Source of the DNA: Octopus vulgaris
Lineage: Eukaryota
NCBI GenBank assembly: GCA_951406725.2
Contig: OX597841.1
Location: 12,462,001 to 12,526,000, forward strand
DNA length: 64,000 bases
Direction: 5' to 3'
The first letter of the stretch is position 1. Each line of letters starts with the position of its first letter. The position numbers and the translations under genes are program-made. Shown piece after piece: positions 55,107-64,000 of this stretch. Below the pieces are notes generated by a model, which saw only the letters and a list, made by a program, of their open reading frames with translations, was not told where the DNA came from and searched no databases.

Positions 55107-57134
55107 GCACACACACATACACACATGCGCACGCAAGCACACATGCATATATACACACACACACACACCTGACCGATTTCCGTAATCGCGTTTTGCTACA
55201 TCTAAGGAATTGTTGTTGTTCCGATGAGAAAGCTGGGGGTGAGATGAGGGGGACGGGGGTGAAACAGCATGTGTGTGTGTGTGCATGTGTGTGTGTGTGT
55301 ATGTGCTTACATGTGTGTATGAGTGCGTGTAGATGGATGTACGTGTGCATGTGTGTGTGTGTGTGTGTGTGTGTAAATGTGTCATTTTTGATCTCACCAA
55401 TAACGGAACAGTAAACTATACATATGCGTGTGTGTGTGTATGTGTGAGTGTGTGTGTATGTGTATGTGTGTATGTGTGCGTGTGTGTGTATGTGTGAGTG
55501 TGTGTGTATGTGTGTGTATGTGTGTGTGTATATGTATATGTATATATGTACATGTGTGTGTGTGTGCGTGCGTGTGTTTGTGTATGTATATAGGTACACA
55601 TACATATGTGTCTGTGTGCGTGTATATGTATATATGTATTTATGTGTGTGTGTGTGTATGTGTGTATGTAGATATAAGCATGTGTTTGTGTGATCTTGCA
55701 TTATATGTGGGTGGGTGTGTACTCATTCAAACATGAGACCGAGTGTGTGCACGTGGACGCGAGTGTATTCATTGAAGGACTCTCACCCACCACCACTACC
55801 ACTACGACTATGTACTGACGACCGAGCGCTACCGACACCCCCCTCCTTCCACCCTGCTGCCACATCCACCCCGAACAATACCCTTATTATGCCCAGTCAG
55901 TCGGGCTTCGGTCACGTATACAAGATGTCTGCCGTTCTGACATCAGTAGACGTCACCTGACCTATGACGTCAGCCTTGTTGAAGCTTCATCTTGGATCCA
56001 CAACCACCACCACCGCCACCGCCACCGCCACCTCCGCCGCCATCACCACCGCCGCCTTCTCCCCTCTCTACATCTCTCTCTGACATCCGCTAGATGTCAC
56101 TGCTACTGGCAATGTCTCGTTCTGTTAATTTTTATTTTTTTAATTTCTTGACGTTTGGCGTGAAATGTTGAAGTTTCGGACCGTTTGCAAGATTGCCAAT
56201 CGCTCTCGCCCCCTCTCTCTCTCCTCCCCTCCCTCACTCCCGCTTCCTTTCTTTCTTTCTTTCCTTCTTTCTTTCTTTCTTTCCTTGCTTCCTTCCTTCC
56301 TTCCTTCCTTCCTTCTTTCCTTCTTTCTTTCTTTTTTTCTTTCTTTCTATCTTTCTTTCTTTCTTTCTTTCTTCCTTCCTTCCTTCCTTCCTTTCTTTCT
56401 TTCCTTCTTTCTTTTTTCTTTCTTTCTTTCCTTCGTTACTCCTTTCTTTCCTTCTTTCTTTCTCTATTTCTTCCTTCCATCCTTCCTTCCTCCCTTTCTT
56501 TCTTTTTTTCTTTCTTTCTTTCTATTTTAGTTACTGTTATTTAGCTCCAGGAACCATTGTCTCCAACTGGCTGGAGGCGATGTTTCCTGGGGGGGGCTCA
56601 GTGACGGTAACATTCGTCCTAACCAGGACTGCCACATTATCTTGGCAAATAATCTTTACCCTACAATACTGTTACTGAATGTTTCTCGTTCAGAGATTTA
56701 GAAATAATAATTTTCTATTTATATGTATATTTATATACCTTCCTCGTATGGGAAGAGAGTTATTCGAAAAACTGATTGCTGATTTAGCATATAATGTAAT
56801 AAAGATTATGTAAGATCACATATTATATAATGTAACGTTTGCAAATCCGTTGCCATGACGTTGAAACATTTGTAGCATGAACTGAATAATTTACTCTCTG
56901 TTCATCTTTTATTATTATATTTCTTTCCCGCGTAACGTGGACAACAAATGTTGTTACAGAGACTGGAGTTGCAGAGTTTCTAACATCATTAAACAAATCC
57001 AAATTGCATTGATTTCTTTTGTGATTGGATGACGAATTGGGGATGTTCATCAGAATTTCTACAGAGACCCTGCAATTCAAAGACATACTTGATGCTTCGG
57101 GGTTGATAGCAACTATCACAATGACGCAAACCAA

Positions 57135-57182
<48 letters not shown>

Positions 57183-57291
57183 CCGAAATTGCGAGGATGA
57201 CCCGGTTCTTAATTGAAGATTAGAGGCTTCGAATGAACCGTTCGTTTTTTGTGTCGTCTCTTTGAGTGTTTTGCGTTCTTGTCCCATTTTG

Positions 57292-57347
<56 letters not shown>

Positions 57348-57462
57348 TTTACATAAATAAATAACGTGAAATACACGAAGGGACGAACATAAGAGACAGA
57401 CGGGTCATTCAAAGCCTTCGTTCTTCAGTCAGAAACCGATTCCTCATCGCAGATTTCGGCTG

Positions 57463-57499
<37 letters not shown>

Positions 57500-57504
<5 letters not shown>

Positions 57505-57954
57505 TGCAAACCCTGATGGAACAACATCCCATCGAAACAGTTGAAGAACTAGCAGAGAAGCTAAGATGTTGTCATACGACAATTAATCGAAACCTGCGTT
57601 AGGTCAATGGGTTCCTCACAAACGTTCTGAGTCTAATCGCGCGGTCACATACAGTGAGAATGAGATGCCAAAGGCTGGAGCAATTTGAATGAGAAATTAT
57701 GCCCATCCACCATATTCGCCGGACATTGCCCCATGTGATTATCATTTATTCCGCAGTCTTCAAAAACATTTGGACGGAAACAATATGAATTCTGTAGACG
57801 AGGTCAAAACAGTACTGGAGGAGTATTTTTCATGGACAAGTGAATTTTGGAATGAAGGACAATATATTTTAGATTAAAAAAAGAATTTTGTTTATCTTAA
57901 TTTTGAAAAATAAAAGAAGTATAAAACAACCGCATTATTTATGGGATGACCCAG
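57500..57954 (+). mobile_element. Mariner remnant with right TIR
   Basis: GQWVPH motif, HPPYSPDIAPCDYHLFRSLQ; terminus CCGCATTATTTATGGGATGACCCAG + TA. Confidence 0.88.
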
Positions 57955-58074
57955 TATACGTACATATAGTTAATCCAAACAAGAAAGCACAAAAAAAAAA
58001 AAAAACACAACAACGCGAGGACGTGGAACAAATGTAGTATTATTGGACGCTCAGGAAAGAAGGAAAGAAGGAGG

Positions 58075-58109
58075 GTTTGACGTTTCGAGCGGAGCTCTTC
58101 GTCGGAAAC
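58075..58109 (-). ncRNA. Minimal hammerhead-like motif (CCGACGA core)
   Basis: GUUU-CCGACGA-A-GAGC UCC GCUC-GAAAC-GUC^-AAAC. Confidence 0.62.
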
Positions 58110-58231
58110 ATAGGAGAAGGAAAGATCCAGAGAAGGGAAGACAGAGGAAAAAAAATCGCCAACGGTACACACGCGGTCACATTATATATATATATATATA
58201 CACGTGTGTGTGTGTGTGTCCACTGCAACCA

Positions 58232-58403
58232 TGGCTTGACAACCGATGTTGGTGTGTTTATGTCCCCGTAACTTAACGGTTCGCAAAAGAGACCGATAGA
58301 ATAAGTACTAGACTTAAGGAGAATAAGTCCTGAGGTCGATTTGATCGACTAAAAGCGGTGCTCCAGCATGGCCACAAGTCACATGATTGAAACAAGTAAA
58401 AGA
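58232..58403 (+). mobile_element. Family A SINE, 3' half
   Basis: Match to the other copies. Confidence 0.85.
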
Positions 58404-58422
58404 ATATCTATCTATCTACCTA

Positions 58423-58480
<58 letters not shown>

Positions 58481-58754
58481 GCACACACACACACAGAGAT
58501 ATGGTTCTTGTGAAGGCCCAGCACTTGGAAAGAAGCCGTCATTGTTAGCATTATGTAAACCTCTGTGTGGCTGAGCACTTCCGTTTGGTGTAGCCCTCTC
58601 CTGTCAAAGGAGGTGATAACAAACAAGACGAAAGTCTGTATCTTTTCGTATTATTGACTAAACAACATGTCTTAATAGTTGACTTATCTTGATCAACCCC
58701 AAAGGCCAGCGCTCACTGCGTGTGTGTGTGTGTAAATATATATGTATATGTATG

Positions 58755-58889
<135 letters not shown>

Positions 58890-59405
58890 ATATATACACA
58901 CAGACACACACACACATACACTGTATATAAAACACAGAAGTATCAACGCGTATAGAAATACTCTTGTCTTTTCACATCGTCCAACTCTTCTTTGAAAAAC
59001 GCAAATAAATTCCTCGACTCTTTCGCCGTTCAATGACCGAATTTTTAGAAGAGTGACGGGCGCGGTCTGGTGGACAGGCTAGAAATAGCAGTCAAGTCTC
59101 AAGCGTATCACGTCCTCGTTTTGTGTGTATATGCATGCATGAACGTATATATTTATGCATTTGTGGGAACATGTATACACATATACAATTATGTGTATGC
59201 GCGTGTATGTGCGCATGTGTGTGTATGTATGTATGTATGTATGTATGTATGTGTGTATATTCTTCAATTCTTTAAAGTGTTTCAGCTTTAAAGCTGCGGT
59301 CATACTGGGGCATCACCGTTGGCTATGTTACACCATTATTTAAAACCTCCTCTGATGTGTGGCATTTGCTCTCATTTGTGAGAGAGAGAGAGAGAGAGAG
59401 AAAGG

Positions 59406-59437
<32 letters not shown>

Positions 59438-59441
59438 AAGG

Positions 59442-59548
<107 letters not shown>

Positions 59549-59549
59549 T

Positions 59550-60330
59550 AGTGTTCGTATGTGGAAGAGGCACAAGAGCCATAAAAACTACAGACCCTCG
59601 GGAAATTGATTCTCTCAAATGCCCCAGATGCTCCTTAGAGAGAGTTGTGGATAATTTCTGCTACCCTGGGAATCTAATTCAGAGAGATTTTATCTCAGTT
59701 GGCAACCGAAGGTCTTTCTCTCCGAGTGAAAGGAAGACTGCATGATGCTTGTATACGAACAGCAAAGCTACATGGTAATGAATGGAGGACACCGAATGCC
59801 GAAACTAGAGAGGAACGAAGCGAGTATGCTCTGCTGGATATGCAATGTCAGTGTACACGTGCGACAGAGCGCTAGTGTTTGCAGGGAAAAGGTGGACATA
59901 CGAGGAATTAGATGGGTGTGCACACTTGCATAAAGGAGTGCCGATCACTTAAAGGAGACAGGAATCTTGGAAGAGAAAGACCCAGAAAGATATGGGACGA
60001 AGTAATGAAGGCTGACCCCAAGTCACTGAGCATTACAAAGCAGATGATAAAGAACCGAGATATCTGGCGCCTTACTGTACTAAAGAGGGCCCGTCCATCA
60101 CAGCAGAATTGATATGCTAAAGCACCTTGGTTAATGCTCCCTCCCAGCTGAAGAGGGTTTTGCCGTGCAAAGTACTCAGCGACCCGGTTGGTGCTGGTGC
60201 CACGTAAGAAGCAGACTCTGTAAGGTGGTTGGCTTTAGGAAGGACATCCAGCTGTAGAAGCAGTATACTAAAACACACGACTGGAAACTGGTGCAGCCCT
60301 TCAGCTTGCGAGTTCTGGCTAAATCCAGCC
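59550..60330 (+). mobile_element. RTE-like LINE 3' remnant plus adjacent RTE-associated repeat
   Basis: VVDNFCYPGN, ERNEASMLCWICNVS, GRERPRKIWDEVMKAD..NRDIWR. Confidence 0.7.
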
Positions 60331-61126
60331 TAGAAAGACAGGCAAACCCTAAGATATATGAAACGGTCTGACGGAGAGAGAACTGATGTGCAGTACAAAC
60401 AATTGATCACAATAAGCAAATTATTTGTGGTGCACGTGTCGGTCGACAAAAAAGGAAAAGTTCCTGGATTAGTTCTGTAGCACGCCAACAGATGGCAGCA
60501 CACAGTTGTATGTGCAGTGAGAGCTAGCAGGGACTTCATGAGGCCCTCTGCAGGGGTGACATTGTTGTGTTTGCTTCGCAAGGTGTGTAAAGTTTCACTT
60601 TCTATTTGAATGTTTTAAATATGAGAGCTAAGACCAAAGGTTGTATCGGGGCCAGATCTAAAACAGGGATCTTATAGGGGTCTGCACCGAAAAAAGTAAA
60701 ACACAGGTGAATTAAAGAAAAATTTATCATATTTCTACCTCTGAACACTTTATCTTGATCTTTTGAGCAGGGTTCTTCACTGTACTTGTGTGGGTCCCTT
60801 ATGTATTGTGTAGATGATTCTTAGAGTAAAAGGTTTGATATTACTCAAGGACTTTACCAATTTGTCAAAACCCCTACAGCTTTTATATGAAATTTATAAC
60901 CCCGTTGAGGGTTGCCAGGAAGATGCAGAAGGGGTGGAAAGCGGGTGAGAGAGGGCCACAGCAGATAATCGCGGGTTTAAACTGCTTCCCTCATCAACAG
61001 TCATTTGGTAACGTAATGTCTTGTTTCCTTCCTTCATTTGTATGTGTACACGGGTGGATGGATGCGTGTGTTCACGGGTGGATGGATGCATGTCTGTCTG
61101 TCTGTCCATGTGAGTGGGTGTATGTA

Positions 61127-61552
61127 TTCTTTTACTCTTTTACTCATTTACTTGTTTCAGTCATTTGACTGCGGCCATGCTGGAGCACCGCCTTTAGTCG
61201 AGCAACTCGACCCCGGGACTTATTCTTTGTAAGCCGAGTACTTATTCTATCGGTCTCTTTTGCTGAACCGCTAAGTGACGGGGGACGTAAACACACCAGC
61301 ATCGGTTGTCAAGCAATGCTTGGGGGACAAACACAGACACACAAACACACACACACATATATATATACATATATATACATACATATATACGACAGGCTTC
61401 TTTCAGTTTCCGTCTACCAAATCCACTCACAAGGCTTTATTCGGCCCGGGGCTATAGCAGTAGACACTTGACCAAGGTGCCATGCAGTGGGACTGAACCC
61501 GGAACCATGTGGTTGGTTAGCAAGCTACTTACCACACAGCCACTCCTACGCC
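61127..61552 (-). mobile_element. Family A SINE, full length
   Basis: Match to the other copies. Confidence 0.92.
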
Positions 61553-61584
61553 TATGTATAAGTGTATATATATTTGTGAGGAGG

Positions 61585-61624
<40 letters not shown>

Positions 61625-61825
61625 CAAACATACAAAATAGTGCGTGAATGTGAGTGTATATATATATATATATATGATATATATATGTGTGAATATATAT
61701 ACATACATATACACACATATATAACACATAAATGTATATACACACCTACACATATATATATACATACACAATATAATACATACATACATACACACACGCA
61801 CAGACAGACAGACACACACACATAC

Positions 61826-61857
<32 letters not shown>

Positions 61858-62055
61858 GCATATATTCTAGCATGGGCAATGGACGTTAAACGATGATGAC
61901 AATATATATAAATATATATATATATTCATGCACACACACACGCATATACATATACAAAGAGACAAATGAATAGATAAGAGATACAGATAGGCAGTCAGCC
62001 AGACAGCTATATACAACAGTGTACAGTGTGTTTTTATATATACAAAATATATACA

Positions 62056-62087
<32 letters not shown>

Positions 62088-62119
62088 CATATACATATAT
62101 ATATATATATGTATGTTTA

Positions 62120-62240
<121 letters not shown>

Positions 62241-62273
62241 CTTTTTTCTGTGTTTTCTTGTTTGGATTAACTT

Positions 62274-62351
<78 letters not shown>

Positions 62352-62768
62352 CACACAAATACACACATAAATATACACACAATTATACATACGTATGCAT
62401 CACATGCGACAGTTCCTCTGCCGCAGTCTGACAAATCTTTGTGCACTGACCATAAAGATAGACACAAGTTTGTGTAGCTTGGGGCCCTTTCAGTAAGGGT
62501 CACAGTAGGATCTCTTTTAGTACCTTCTGACCTCCTTATTTTGGGGTCCCTCTTCTTAGATATGACAACTTTCACATTCACCCCCCCCCCCACACATAAT
62601 TACTATCTTTACTCCTTTCTCTCTTTCTTTTTCTTTTCGTTCATATTTCTTCGTCTGTCTCTCTGTCTGTCCCCCTCCCTCCCTCTATCAATCTATCTAT
62701 CTCACTCTTCCCTCCTTCCCGCCCTCTTTCAACCACCTCCTCTTTCCATCTGTCTATCCGTTTGTCTG

Positions 62769-62945
<177 letters not shown>

Positions 62946-62947
62946 CT

Positions 62948-63067
<120 letters not shown>

Positions 63068-64000
63068 AAGGAGGGCTGGGCATGCCGTGGTTGATGATGC
63101 GCAGACACGCGCTGAGACTGCGGCATCTCTGGCTCTATGTAGACGACGGTGAACTAGGTGTGGTCGCCGTTTGTGAGGCACGCTTTCCCGCAGCTCGTCT
63201 CCATGACCGAACTGCAGTCGTGGATCAAAAAGAGGCCGAGGAAGGGCGAATGGCACCGCGAGTGTCGCGTTGCTCTCAAGCAACTCTGCCGTCCTGGGTC
63301 GACCTTAAGTGACTTCAACACAACCAAAGCATTCTATAGAGGTTTAGTGGAGGGGAGGTACGACGACGAGCTCGGGGCGAACCTGGACGTCGACGAGGAG
63401 TACCTGACCCGCCTGTTCAGGACGACTTTCGGGCCAGGGCCCATGGACAACTTCCAGAGATCCCTGGCCTGGCAGTGCTACCGAGAAGCGCTACCCGTTC
63501 GGGATAAGCTCTACAGACACGGCTCGAGAAACACGGGGCCGACCTGCCCGAGATGCGGTCAGAGCGACGAAACCGTTCTGCACGCACTCGTTCAGTGTCC
63601 AACAATTTCCGACCTGTGGGCTTATGTCGAACAACTGCTGTCACGTGTGGGACGAGTCGGTTTATCAGCTGAGTCTATCGTCAATATTGTCACGCCTCCT
63701 TCCTTCAAACGGGAAGGAAGAGCTATTTTCATCATCCTTGTGGCTATGGCGAAAGAATGTATCTGGTGGACGCGTCTGAAAGGATTGGAGACAAACACTT
63801 ACCTCTCTGGTCAATCTCTCATCAACTTCTTCAAGTACCACTTGAAAAGGAAAGTGAGAGTAGAGAGGCAAGTTTTGTCTAGCGAATGTTTTAAAAAAGA
63901 TGGGTGAATGTAGCAAGAATGGCACGTATGAATGACGAAGCCACCTTGAGCATAGTCCTATGAACCCAGAAATCGAAAACAGAGAGTTGCTTATTTGCAA
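63068..64000 (+). mobile_element. L1/Tx1-clade LINE ORF2 C-terminus, 5'-truncated, next to (CTAT)n
   Basis: zf-RVT-like LAWQCYREALPVRDKL..CPRCGQSDETVLHALVQCP..LW, and AKECIWWTR. Confidence 0.85.

Overview
Eukaryotic, AT-rich genomic DNA saturated with microsatellites. It is most likely an octopus (coleoid cephalopod); this is inferred from the SINE families and repeat landscape, not from a search. There is one convincing host gene: an uninterrupted TAL1/SCL-family bHLH transcription factor CDS (16841-18730, +). Almost every other ORF in the track is a microsatellite artefact. The rest is repeat debris: two abundant tRNA-derived SINE families, R4/Dong-like RLE retrotransposon fragments stacked in (TAA)n, RTE, CR1-like and Tx1/L1-like LINE pieces, and mariner, maT-like and hAT-like DNA transposon remnants. 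There is also a Penelope-like GIY-YIG remnant. The most interesting hidden signal is about ten type I hammerhead-ribozyme folds, read by eye on both strands. They lie inside short non-coding elements embedded in (TA)n tracts, often with fold-back or inverted architecture. Several have a canonical core. Others carry recurrent atypical core variants: CCGANGA, CUGUNGA, an extra A after A9, U10.1-U11.1, or a loop-less palindromic helix III. This suggests a diverse system of non-autonomous Penelope-like or retrozyme-like elements. Folds and family assignments were made by hand and need computational and biochemical confirmation.
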